This document shows positions 6,698 through 15,487 of a DNA stretch of 16,321 nt, in pieces. Below the pieces are notes generated by a model. The model was not told the origin of the DNA. It ran no database searches and saw nothing but the letters and a program-made list of their open reading frames with translations. Position numbers and translations under genes: made by a program. Position 1 is the stretch's first letter, and each line of letters starts with the position of its first letter. Source of the stretch: Nanobdellati archaeon (GTDB lineage Archaea > EX4484-52 > GLR71); contig JAHYJO010000021.1 of NCBI GenBank assembly GCA_019429125.1, positions 1-16,321 of the forward strand, written 5' to 3'.

Positions 6698-6945
6698 GGG
6701 CTCGTAGCTCAGTCTGGCTAGAGCACCGGACTCTTAATCCGGGTGTCGAGGGTTCAAAACAATCGGTGCTCCGTTGACGCGCAGTTGACGTTCGATTTTG
6801 TTGAAATCGGAATCAATGTTTATTGTTGAATTATAATTTTTGCGCGAAGAAGTACTGGACTGTCATGCCACCTGAGCAAAAGCGAAGGGTGTCGCTGGTT
6901 GTCAACCGTTTATGGATGGTTGTTGGGAATTTCCCTTCGGGCTCA
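6698..6945 (+). tRNA. tRNA-Lys(CTT) with ~173-nt intron in the T-loop at 59/60 (6759-6931)
   Basis: 5' exon GGGCTCG-TA-GCTC-AGTCTGGCTA-GAGC-A-CCGGA-CT-CTT-AA-TCCGG-GTGTC-GAGGG-TTCAAA. 3' exon T-CCCTT-CGGGCTC-A at 6932-6945 completes the T and acceptor stems with 3 G-U pairs. Relaxed BHB TTC/GAA, intron stem AACAATCG/TGGTTGTT. Confidence 0.85.
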
Positions 6946-7082
6946 TATAAAGAATCAAAAAATGAAAAGACGGTTTCCTATGGATTCCTATTTTCGCACA
7001 TATCCTTTCATTATATGTATGGTTTTTGGATTTACTGATTATATTAAAATTGTAATGTTATGTGACTATAGGGGCGATATAC

Positions 7083-7316
7083 TTGAATGATGACGAAATA
7101 AAAAATCATGTGCTTGTTCCAAAGCATGAAATTCTTAATGCTAAGGATAAAGATGCTGTTCTTAAAAAATATAATATAACTGTTGAACAGCTACCAAAAA
7201 TATTGAAAGAGGATGCTGCAATAAAGTCGTTTGGTGTTAAAACTGGCGATGTTGTTAAGATAACAAGAAAATCTGTTACGGCTGGCATTTCAACATATTT
7301 TAGGACTGTTATTTAA
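7083..7316 (+). CDS. rpoH: DNA-directed RNA polymerase subunit H (Rpo5)
   Basis: 'HVLVPKHEIL', 'QLPKI', 'GDVVKITRKS.TAG...YFR'. TTG 7083 after GGGGCGA preferred, GTG 7062 is possible. Confidence 0.96.
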   Translation: MNDDEIKNHVLVPKHEILNAKDKDAVLKKYNITVEQLPKILKEDAAIKSFGVKTGDVVKITRKSVTAGISTYFRTVI

Positions 7317-7327
7317 GGTGAGATGTT

Positions 7328-8806
7328 ATGATTAATTCATTTTTAAGATATTCACGGGATACTGGCGGACTCTTATCGCATCAGATTGAGTCATTCAATG
7401 ATTTTATAGAACATAGATTGCAACAGATTGTTGATGACATTGGTGAAGTAAAGATAGATTTGCCAACTGAAGAGAATTTGGTCATTCGTTTCGGTAAAGT
7501 TCAGATTGGACCTCCTGAAATAAAGGAGAGTGACGGGTCAACAAAATATTTGAACCCTACTGAAGCAAGACTTCGAAAACTTACTTATTCTTCTACATTA
7601 TATATTGAGATGACTCCTGTCTTTGAAGATGTGGAGCATGAAACTACATATGTAAACATTGGTGACTTTCCTATAATGGTCAAATCAAATTTGTGTCCTC
7701 TTTCTGGATTGTCAAAAGAGGAATTGATTCAGGCTGGCGAAGACCAATATGATATGGGTGGTTATTTTATAATTAATGGTGTGGAGCGTGTGCTTATTCT
7801 TTTTGAAGATATTGCACCTAATCGGTTGATTTTTCAAAAGAAAAAAGACGAAATCAATGCGCGAATAGATTCAAAGAACCGAGGTTACACTCAAAGGCAT
7901 GTATTTGAACGAAAAGAAGAAGGCACAATAGTTGCACGATTTGCAAATATTGCAACTACACCTTTACCGCTTGTTGCTATCATGAAAGCTCTTGGTCTTG
8001 AAATTGATAAGGATATAATCAATACAATCTTTAAGGGTAAAGAACCTTCTGAAAATATACTTCTTAACCTATACATGACTGAACTGTCTGGAAGAGATGA
8101 TGCAATCGCATATATAGGCAAAGTTCTTAAGATAGTAAAGAAAGAGCAAGTTAATGATCGTGTTGAGCATTTGCTTGACAATTATCTATTGCCTCATTTG
8201 GGTCAGGATGCTTCAAGCCGTCTGCTTAAGGCAAAATATCTTGCAAGTATAATGGGTAAGATGGAACTATTATATGAGGGTAAGATAGATGATGATATAG
8301 ATCATTATGCAAACAAGAGATTAAGACTTGCGGGCGATCTTTTAGAATCTGTGTTAAGATCTACAATACTTGGTAGATGGGGTCTTGTTGCAAGGTTACA
8401 GTATAATTATCAAAAAATGATTAAAAGAGGACGAAGACTTCCAAGTCTGCAAAGTATTGTCATAACTGGTGTACTTACAAAACAGATTATGCGTGCTATG
8501 GCAGTTGGTGATTTTGCGAATCAGACTGGTGTCAGTCAGAGGCTTGAACGAAGTAACTTTGTAAGATCTTTAGGTCATATGAGAGGTGTTGTGTCTCCGT
8601 TGTCGTCAACACAAGAACATTATGAGGCAAGAGAACTTCATGCAACTCATTGGGGCAGGCTTTGTGCTGTACGAACTCCTGAAGGACAAAATATTGGTCT
8701 TAGGAAATTCCTTGCACTTGGTGCTAAAGTGACTACTGATTCTTATGAAGAAGAAACAGAACAAGTTAAATCTGTATTAGAGGGATTAGGTGTTAAAAAT
8801 GAGTGA
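7328..8806 (+). CDS. rpoB2: DNA-directed RNA polymerase subunit B'' (Rpo2N)
   Basis: 'HQIESFNDF', 'P.EARLRKLTY', 'GGYFIINGVERV', 'DDIDHYANKRLRLAG', 'ARELHATHWGRLC...TPEG.NIGL'. SD AGGTGA at 7316-7321. Confidence 0.96.
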   Translation: MINSFLRYSRDTGGLLSHQIESFNDFIEHRLQQIVDDIGEVKIDLPTEENLVIRFGKVQIGPPEIKESDGSTKYLNPTEARLRKLTYSSTLYIEMTPVFEDVEHETTYVNIGDFPIMVKSNLCPLSGLSKEELIQAGEDQYDMGGYFIINGVERVLILFEDIAPNRLIFQKKKDEINARIDSKNRGYTQRHVFERKEEGTIVARFANIATTPLPLVAIMKALGLEIDKDIINTIFKGKEPSENILLNLYMTELSGRDDAIAYIGKVLKIVKKEQVNDRVEHLLDNYLLPHLGQDASSRLLKAKYLASIMGKMELLYEGKIDDDIDHYANKRLRLAGDLLESVLRSTILGRWGLVARLQYNYQKMIKRGRRLPSLQSIVITGVLTKQIMRAMAVGDFANQTGVSQRLERSNFVRSLGHMRGVVSPLSSTQEHYEARELHATHWGRLCAVRTPEGQNIGLRKFLALGAKVTTDSYEEETEQVKSVLEGLGVKNE

Positions 8807-10592
8807 AGTGTATGTTAATGGTTATTTTGCTGGTGAGCATGACAAGCCTTTAGAACTTGTTAAAGCACTTATAGAAAAAAGAAGAGTCAATAAGTTACCT
8901 GAGACTATGAATGTCGCTTATCATGTTGATAAAGACGAAGTGCAGATAAATGTTGATTCTGGCCGTGTAAGAAGACCTCTTGTTGTAGTAAACAATGGTG
9001 TGGCTTTGCTTACTGTTGATATGGGTGAGAAACTAAAAAAAGGAGAAATCTCTTGGGCTGATATTCTTAAAAAAAATATTGTTGAATATCTTGATGCTGA
9101 AGAAGAAGAAAATGCATATATTGCAGTTTCAAGAGAGGAACTTACATCTGAACACACTCATATGGAGCTTGATGGTATATTGATTTTAGGTGTTGCGGCA
9201 TCTGTTTTAGTATTCCCTGAGAAGAATCGTGGTGACCGTCTGAATTATGGGTCTCGTATGGCAGTCCAGTCTATAGGGATTCCTTTACAGAATTTCCTTA
9301 TGCGTGATGATACTACTTATAATGTTTTGGTATATCCACAAGTTCCTATAGTTAGGACTGATAGTATGGATGCTATAGGTCTTGAATCACATCCATCCGG
9401 TCATAATCTTGTAATTGCTGTATCTACTTATTACGGTTATAATGTTGAAGATGCTCTTATAGTAAACAAAGCTTCTCTTGAGAGAGGTATTGGACGTTCT
9501 GTTGCATTTAGGTCTTTTGTGACTGAATTTAGACGGTATTGGGGTGGTCAGGAAGATGAAGTATGTATCCCTGATGCAAGCGTAAAAGGATATCGTAGTG
9601 AAGAGGATTATTCAAATCTTGATGAACAAGGGATTATTGAAATAGAATCTAAAGTTCCTGCAGGTAGCGTTCTTGTTGGTAAGATTTCTCCGTTACGTTT
9701 CCTTGGTGTAGCTAAAGAGATTAAGATGGGTCTTCAGAATTTCAGAGATAATTCACTTACTGTATCAAATGGTAATGATGGTATTGTTGAAAAAGTAGTT
9801 CTTACTTCAGATTCAGAAGGAAATAAAATATTGTCGGTAGTTGTCCGTGATACAAAAATTCCTGAAGTGGGTGATAAGATGGCTACAAGACATGGTCAAA
9901 AAGGTGTTATTGGTCTTGTTGTCCCTGAAGAGGATATGCCATTTACTGCTGATGGTATTGTACCTGATATAATTGTTAATCCTCATGCTATGCCATCACG
10001 TATGACTGTGGGTCAGCTTCTTGAGATTGTTGCGGGTAAAGTTGGTGCTCTAGCTGCTGAAAGAATTAACGGTAGTATTTTCTGCGGTAAGGAAGATAAT
10101 ATACGGACTGAATTGAAGTCATTAGGATTCAGAGATGATGGTAAAGAGACATTATATAATGGTATCACTAGTGAAAAGATGGAAGTACCTATACTTACTG
10201 GTATAACATATTATTATAGACTTTATCATCTGGTATCAAAAAAGATTCATGCAAGGTCAAAGGGTCCTGTTGCACTGATGACAAAACAGCCAACTGAAGG
10301 TCGTTCAAAAGAAGGTGGACTAAGACTTGGGGAGATGGAAAAAGATTGTTTCATCGCACATGGTGCTCCGATAACTCTTAGAGAACGGTTTGGATCTGAT
10401 AAGGTTTCAATACCAATTTGTAAAACCTGTGGTGTAGTTGCGGTTGAAGATCATATAAAGAACAAGAAATATTGTCCTTTATGTAAAAATGAAGCAATCG
10501 TCAATGTTGAGATGGCTTATGCTTTCAAGTTGATGCTTGATGAGCTTAAGAGTCTGTTGATATATCCACAGATTATACCGGAGAACTCTTAA
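8799..10592 (+). CDS. rpoB1: DNA-directed RNA polymerase subunit B' (Rpo2C)
   Basis: 'GYNVEDA', 'GDKMATRHGQKG', 'PDIIVNPHAMPSRMTVGQ', 'QPTEGRSKEGGLRLGEME', C-terminal CxxC...CPLC zinc site. ATG 8799 overlaps the B'' stop. Confidence 0.96.
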   Translation: MSEVYVNGYFAGEHDKPLELVKALIEKRRVNKLPETMNVAYHVDKDEVQINVDSGRVRRPLVVVNNGVALLTVDMGEKLKKGEISWADILKKNIVEYLDAEEEENAYIAVSREELTSEHTHMELDGILILGVAASVLVFPEKNRGDRLNYGSRMAVQSIGIPLQNFLMRDDTTYNVLVYPQVPIVRTDSMDAIGLESHPSGHNLVIAVSTYYGYNVEDALIVNKASLERGIGRSVAFRSFVTEFRRYWGGQEDEVCIPDASVKGYRSEEDYSNLDEQGIIEIESKVPAGSVLVGKISPLRFLGVAKEIKMGLQNFRDNSLTVSNGNDGIVEKVVLTSDSEGNKILSVVVRDTKIPEVGDKMATRHGQKGVIGLVVPEEDMPFTADGIVPDIIVNPHAMPSRMTVGQLLEIVAGKVGALAAERINGSIFCGKEDNIRTELKSLGFRDDGKETLYNGITSEKMEVPILTGITYYYRLYHLVSKKIHARSKGPVALMTKQPTEGRSKEGGLRLGEMEKDCFIAHGAPITLRERFGSDKVSIPICKTCGVVAVEDHIKNKKYCPLCKNEAIVNVEMAYAFKLMLDELKSLLIYPQIIPENS

Positions 10593-10611
10593 TTAAGGTG
10601 TGTGATTTGAT

Positions 10612-13104
10612 ATGGTAATGATTGACAAAATTAAATTTAAGCTGCTTTCACCAAAGATGGTTCAGAAGATGTCTGCAGTCCTCATAACTACATCTGAAGT
10701 ATATGATGCAGATGCATATCCTGTTGAGGGTGGTGTCATGGATACTCGTATGGGTGTTATTGACCCAGGTATCAGATGTAAGACTTGCGGGGGTAGATCA
10801 GGTGAGTGTCAGGGTCATTTTGGACACATAGAACTTGCAAAACCAGTGTATAATATCTTGTATCTTAAACAGATAAAGACTATGCTTACATACACATGTA
10901 ATGATTGTGGTGGGCTTTTGGTCGATAAGGATAAGATTAAAGATGACAAGACATTAAACAAGCTTACGGTCCCTAAGACGTGTCCGGTGTGCAATGAACC
11001 TGTTGAAAAAATAAAGTTTGAAAGACCTATGTCGTTTAAGAGGGGCAATCATGTTATAACTGCTGAAGAAGCAAGAGAACATTTTGAAAAGATCTCTGAT
11101 GAAGATTGTGATTCTCTTGGTTTTAAGGGTGGTAGGCCTGAATGGATGATTCTCACCATATTCCCTGTGCCTTCAATAACTACAAGACCATCTATTACTC
11201 TTACAAGCGGTGAGAGAAGTGAAGATGATCTTACGCATAAGCTTGTGGATATTGTTAGGATTAATCAGAGACTTTTGAATAATCTTGAGATAGGTGCACC
11301 CGAATTTATTCTTGATGATCTTTGGGAACTTTTACAGTACCATGTCGCTACTTATTTTAATAATGAGATGACAGGTGTTCCACCTGCAAGGCACAGATCA
11401 GGACGACAGCTTAAGACATTGTCTCAGAGATTAAAATCAAAAGATGGAAGGTTCCGAAATAATTTGACAGGTAAGAGGGTTAATTTCTCTGCAAGGACTG
11501 TTGTTTCACCTGATCCAATGATTAGTGTCAATGAGGTCGGTATTCCAGAAAAGATAGCAAGCGAGCTTACTATCCCTATAAGAGGTACTAAAGATAATCT
11601 TGATTATTTGAAAGCATGCATATTGCGTGGGCCTAATGCAAAAGGTGGCGCAAATTATGTAATAAGACCTGATGGCCTTAAGAAGAAAATCATTGATATG
11701 AATAAAGAATATATCATGAATGAGTTTGCTGAAGGGTATATTTTAGAGAAACACATAAGTGATGGTGATATTGTATTATTTAACAGGCAACCGTCACTTC
11801 ATAAGATGTCATTGATGGCTCATAGGGTAAAAGTTTTACCTTACAAGACATTTAGGCTTAACCTTACTGTATGTACTCCGTACAATGCGGATTTTGATGG
11901 AGATGAAATGAATCTTCATGTTCCTCAGACTGCTGAAGCACGTGCTGAAGCAGAACAGTTGATGCTTGTTGAGCAGAATATACGTTCTCCTCGTTTCGGT
12001 GGACCTATAATTGGGGGTGTGCAAGATTTCATATCTGGTGGGTATCTTATAACACGAGAAGGTACTACTATTTCAAAAGAGCTTGCATCTCAGCTTTTGT
12101 TCAAAGTTGGTGTTGTTGTTGTTCTTAAGAAAGAGATATATACAGGAAAAGAATTGATGAGTTTCATACTACCTAAAGGTCTTGATATCGAGTATCAGGC
12201 AAATATATGTAAAAAGTGTGATGTCTGTAAGAAAGAAAAGTGTATGCACGATGCTTACGTTAAGATTGTTGATGGTGAATTCATTTCAGGAGTGATTGAT
12301 CAGAAAGCGATATCACCATTTAAAGGAAAAATCTTAGATAAGATTGATTTGGAATTTGGACATAGTGTGGCTGTGTTGTTCCTTGAAAGGATAACACGAT
12401 TGGCAACTGAGTATCTTATGTATCGTGGATTTACAATATCTGTTAGTGAAGAAGATGTGCCACAATCTGTTAAAGATGCTATTAGTGAGTTTGTTGATGT
12501 GCATTTTGTCAAGGTATATGCTTTGATTGATGAGTTCAATAAAGGAAAGATTGAGGTTCAGCCAGGACTTACTCCTGAGGAGACACTTGAAGGTCTTATA
12601 CTTTCTGAGCTGTTTGAAGTTGTTAACAAGAGTCAAAATCTAATTGCAAAAGAAGCAAAAGATAATGATGCACAGATAATGGCAAAGACTGGAGCTAGAG
12701 GTAGTATTCAAAATCTTACTTTCATGGCAGGTATAATCGGTCCTGAAACTGTACAAGGTCACAGGATATTCAGAGGGTATAAAGATCGTACATTGCCTCA
12801 TTATAAGAGGGGCGATCTTTCTGCTGAAGCTCACGGTTTTGTTAAGTCATGTTATAAGACCGGATTATCACCTACTGAATTTTTCTTTGAGGCTATGAAA
12901 GGTCGTGAAGGTATAATGGATTCTTCTCTTAAGACAAGAATATCGGGGTATATGCAGAGGCGTCTTGTGAATGCCTTGCAAGATATACTTGTATCAAAAG
13001 ATAACTCTGCAAGAGACAGTATTGGGCGGATTGTCCAGTTTGTTGCAGGTGAAGATGGTATTGACCCATCAAAAAGTGATGGTGGCAAGCTGATAAAGAT
13101 TTGA
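10612..13104 (+). CDS. rpoA1: DNA-directed RNA polymerase subunit A' (Rpo1N)
   Basis: 'C.TC...C.GHFGHIEL', '[19 protein letters not shown]', 'NRQPSLH', catalytic '[11 protein letters not shown]', '[12 protein letters not shown]'. Confidence 0.97.
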   Translation: MVMIDKIKFKLLSPKMVQKMSAVLITTSEVYDADAYPVEGGVMDTRMGVIDPGIRCKTCGGRSGECQGHFGHIELAKPVYNILYLKQIKTMLTYTCNDCGGLLVDKDKIKDDKTLNKLTVPKTCPVCNEPVEKIKFERPMSFKRGNHVITAEEAREHFEKISDEDCDSLGFKGGRPEWMILTIFPVPSITTRPSITLTSGERSEDDLTHKLVDIVRINQRLLNNLEIGAPEFILDDLWELLQYHVATYFNNEMTGVPPARHRSGRQLKTLSQRLKSKDGRFRNNLTGKRVNFSARTVVSPDPMISVNEVGIPEKIASELTIPIRGTKDNLDYLKACILRGPNAKGGANYVIRPDGLKKKIIDMNKEYIMNEFAEGYILEKHISDGDIVLFNRQPSLHKMSLMAHRVKVLPYKTFRLNLTVCTPYNADFDGDEMNLHVPQTAEARAEAEQLMLVEQNIRSPRFGGPIIGGVQDFISGGYLITREGTTISKELASQLLFKVGVVVVLKKEIYTGKELMSFILPKGLDIEYQANICKKCDVCKKEKCMHDAYVKIVDGEFISGVIDQKAISPFKGKILDKIDLEFGHSVAVLFLERITRLATEYLMYRGFTISVSEEDVPQSVKDAISEFVDVHFVKVYALIDEFNKGKIEVQPGLTPEETLEGLILSELFEVVNKSQNLIAKEAKDNDAQIMAKTGARGSIQNLTFMAGIIGPETVQGHRIFRGYKDRTLPHYKRGDLSAEAHGFVKSCYKTGLSPTEFFFEAMKGREGIMDSSLKTRISGYMQRRLVNALQDILVSKDNSARDSIGRIVQFVAGEDGIDPSKSDGGKLIKI

Positions 13105-13124
13105 GGTTAACTGTGGTGATTATT

Positions 13125-14273
13125 ATGGATGAATCAGTTGTTCAAGATGTTTTGGGACTTTACGAAGAAAAGATAGATAAATCAGATTTGAGTGCTAAAG
13201 AAAAAAGTGCATTGAAAAAATCTCTTAAAGATAGATACACTAATATGTATTATGATTGTGGGGAGGCTATTGGTGTTATTGCTGCTCAGTCAATTTCTGA
13301 GCCGGCAACACAGACAACTCTTAGGTCTTATCATAGGGCTGCTGGTATTGGGCTTAATATAACTCAAGGTTTACCAAGGATTCTTGAAATATTTGACGCA
13401 CGAAAAGAACCTGTTACTCCTGCAATGAAAATATATCTTCAAAAAGAATTCAATACTAAAGAGAAAGCAATTAAGATTGCAGCGAGCATAAAAGAGACTA
13501 ATCTTAAGCATATAATGACTTTGGATTCATTGGATCTTGGAAATATGACTGTTGAAGTTGAGCTTGATAAAAAATTGATTGAAAAGTTGTCTATTGAGCC
13601 TGATAAGATTGTGTCTGCAGTAAAACGTAAGATAAAGAATTTAAATGGTAGTATTGAGGGCAATAAGATAATCTTTGAGATTAATAAAGATAAGGTGACA
13701 GTCAAAGATCTTCAGACATTAAGGTTTAAGCTTAGAGAAGTCCATGTGAAAGGTATAAAAGGCATTACACATTGTATTGTTGAAAAGACTTCAAATGAGT
13801 TTGTACTTTATACGCTTGGGTCTAATTTAATTAAAGTTTCAAAGATTGAAGGTATAGATATATCTCGTATGAAGTCAAATAATATATTTGAGATTGTAGA
13901 GACATTAGGTATTGAAGCTGCAAGAACTACTATCGTTTCAGAAATTACTGATACTCTTAGAGGACAAGGTGTGGATACAGATGTAAGGCATCTTCTTTTA
14001 GTTGCAGATACCATGACTCAGTCTGGAGATATACAAGCAATAGGACGATATGGTCTTAGTGGTTCTAAGTCTTCTGTACTTGCAAGAGCAAATTTTGAAG
14101 AGACTATAAAACATCTTGTTGATGCGGCGGTACATGGTCTGTCTGATGAACTTAATGGTATTGTTGAAAATGTCATGATAGGTAAGACTGCAAGAGTAGG
14201 TACTGGTCTTGTAGAAGTTGTTATGAAAACACAGGAAACACCTGTCAAGGTTGTTAAAGAAAAGAAAGAATAA
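13125..14273 (+). CDS. rpoA2: DNA-directed RNA polymerase subunit A'' (Rpo1C)
   Basis: '[18 protein letters not shown]', '[12 protein letters not shown]', 'LGIEAAR', '[15 protein letters not shown]', 'SVLARANFE'. ATG 13125 after GGTGA preferred over TTG 13101. Confidence 0.96.
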   Translation: MDESVVQDVLGLYEEKIDKSDLSAKEKSALKKSLKDRYTNMYYDCGEAIGVIAAQSISEPATQTTLRSYHRAAGIGLNITQGLPRILEIFDARKEPVTPAMKIYLQKEFNTKEKAIKIAASIKETNLKHIMTLDSLDLGNMTVEVELDKKLIEKLSIEPDKIVSAVKRKIKNLNGSIEGNKIIFEINKDKVTVKDLQTLRFKLREVHVKGIKGITHCIVEKTSNEFVLYTLGSNLIKVSKIEGIDISRMKSNNIFEIVETLGIEAARTTIVSEITDTLRGQGVDTDVRHLLLVADTMTQSGDIQAIGRYGLSGSKSSVLARANFEETIKHLVDAAVHGLSDELNGIVENVMIGKTARVGTGLVEVVMKTQETPVKVVKEKKE

Positions 14274-14557
14274 TGGTGAAACTTATGGATATAAGTCTAA
14301 AAATAAAAAAAGCAGAAACAACGGGTAATCTAATAATCGGTATAAAAAGTGTTATGTCTGCAGTACGTCAAGGTAATTTAACTGATGTAGTAATCGCATC
14401 AAATTGTCCTAAAGTGATGATTGATGAAGTAGTTCATACTGCAAAACTTTCAGAAGTTCCTGTAACTTTTTTTGAGGGGGATAGTAACAACCTTGGAGAA
14501 ATATGCAGGAAACCATTTACTATAGCTGTTTTGGGCATATCTGAAAAGAAAGCATAA
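14273..14557 (+). CDS. rpl30e: 50S ribosomal protein L30e
   Basis: 'TGNLIIG', 'VIASNCP', 'LGEICRKPF', in the conserved position after rpoA''. Confidence 0.94.
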   Translation: MVKLMDISLKIKKAETTGNLIIGIKSVMSAVRQGNLTDVVIASNCPKVMIDEVVHTAKLSEVPVTFFEGDSNNLGEICRKPFTIAVLGISEKKA

Positions 14558-14596
14558 CGTTGTATCATATAGGTTATAATATATTGTAGGGATCTT

Positions 14597-15022
14597 ATGA
14601 AACCGCTTGACACACAGACAATACGTGATATTTTACAATTTGAGCAACTTTCAAAATGTAATGTTGTGGACAGTATATTTGATGAAGATATATTATATCT
14701 TCTAGTTCGGACCAAAAATATATATGATATCATTGGTAAAGATGGAGAAAACATAAAGCGTTTAAGTGCTAAAGTGGGAAAGACACTTAAAGTATCTCTT
14801 TACTCAAATGATTTGAATCAGTTCCTTTCGAATGTTTTTCAGAGAAAAGTTAAAAGATTTGAAGTGTATGAAGAGGATGGAGTTAAAAAGATTCGTCTTT
14901 ATGTACCTTTAAAAGATAAGCGTTTTATTGTCGGTCAAAAAGGAAATAATATAAAGATTATGGGCGAATTCCTTAAAAGACAATTTCATATTACTAAAAT
15001 TGATATTGTTGATTTAAAATAG
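14597..15022 (+). CDS. nusA: Archaeal NusA (two KH domains)
   Basis: 141 aa with two GxxG KH loops (IIGKDGENIK, IVGQKGNNIK), located between L30e and S12. Confidence 0.92.
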   Translation: MKPLDTQTIRDILQFEQLSKCNVVDSIFDEDILYLLVRTKNIYDIIGKDGENIKRLSAKVGKTLKVSLYSNDLNQFLSNVFQRKVKRFEVYEEDGVKKIRLYVPLKDKRFIVGQKGNNIKIMGEFLKRQFHITKIDIVDLK

Positions 15023-15057
15023 ATGGATTTAATAAATAATTATATAAAGGTGTTGAA

Positions 15058-15477
15058 ATGCCAGGATTATACAGTGCACGAAATTTGAAGTCAAAGAAGA
15101 AGAAACAGAGATGGCAAGATATAAAGTACAAGCGTCGTACGCTTGGGCTTAAAGTCAAGAAAGATCCTCTTAAAGGTAGTCCGCAAGCTAAGGCTATTGT
15201 TCTTGAAAAGAGACAGATGGAAGCAAAACAGCCAAACTCTGCAATGCGGAAATGCGTAAGGATTCAGCTTATCAAGAATGGTAAACAGATTACTGCCTTT
15301 GTTCCTGGTAATGGTGCAATAAATCATATTAAAGAGCATGATGAAGTTACTGTGGAAGGTATTGGTGGTGCACAGGGTGGACCATATGGAGATATTCCAT
15401 GTGTTAAATGGAGAGTTAATAAAGTTAATGGGCTTTCGCTTCTAGCACTTCTTTCAGGTAAATCAAAGAGACAATAA
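15058..15477 (+). CDS. rps12: 30S ribosomal protein S12 (uS12)
   Basis: 'GLYSAR', '[17 protein letters not shown]', 'TAFVPG.GA', 'GDIP'. Confidence 0.97.
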   Translation: MPGLYSARNLKSKKKKQRWQDIKYKRRTLGLKVKKDPLKGSPQAKAIVLEKRQMEAKQPNSAMRKCVRIQLIKNGKQITAFVPGNGAINHIKEHDEVTVEGIGGAQGGPYGDIPCVKWRVNKVNGLSLLALLSGKSKRQ

Positions 15478-15487
15478 GGTAATAATT

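Noticed and set aside
6856-6870. TGGA-CTGTCAT-GCCA resembles an Asp anticodon arm nested in the Lys intron
   Set aside because: Only 3 pairs plus a mismatch, with no D arm, T arm or acceptor around it.
6759-6931. Lys insert as a group I intron, hammerhead ribozyme or integrated element
   Set aside because: No recognisable P7 R/S sequences or terminal G, and no CUGAnGA/GAAA core. Integration would leave a complete tRNA plus a duplicated 3' end, which is not seen. The BHB-like junction fits EndA splicing.
6401-6945. Split (trans-spliced) or permuted tRNA halves as in Nanoarchaeum
   Set aside because: The halves are colinear, close, and joined by self-pairing inserts with no evident separate promoter. 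Cis introns are simpler.
6823-7090. ORFs 6823-7038 and 6899-7090, considered as intron-encoded proteins or homing endonuclease
   Set aside because: They run across the tRNA-Lys 3' exon, use weak starts and show no LAGLIDADG/HNH motif.
7328-14273. Split RpoB and RpoA as a novelty, or inteins in RNAP subunits
   Set aside because: The B''/B' and A'/A'' splits are well known in archaea, and subunit lengths leave no room for inteins.
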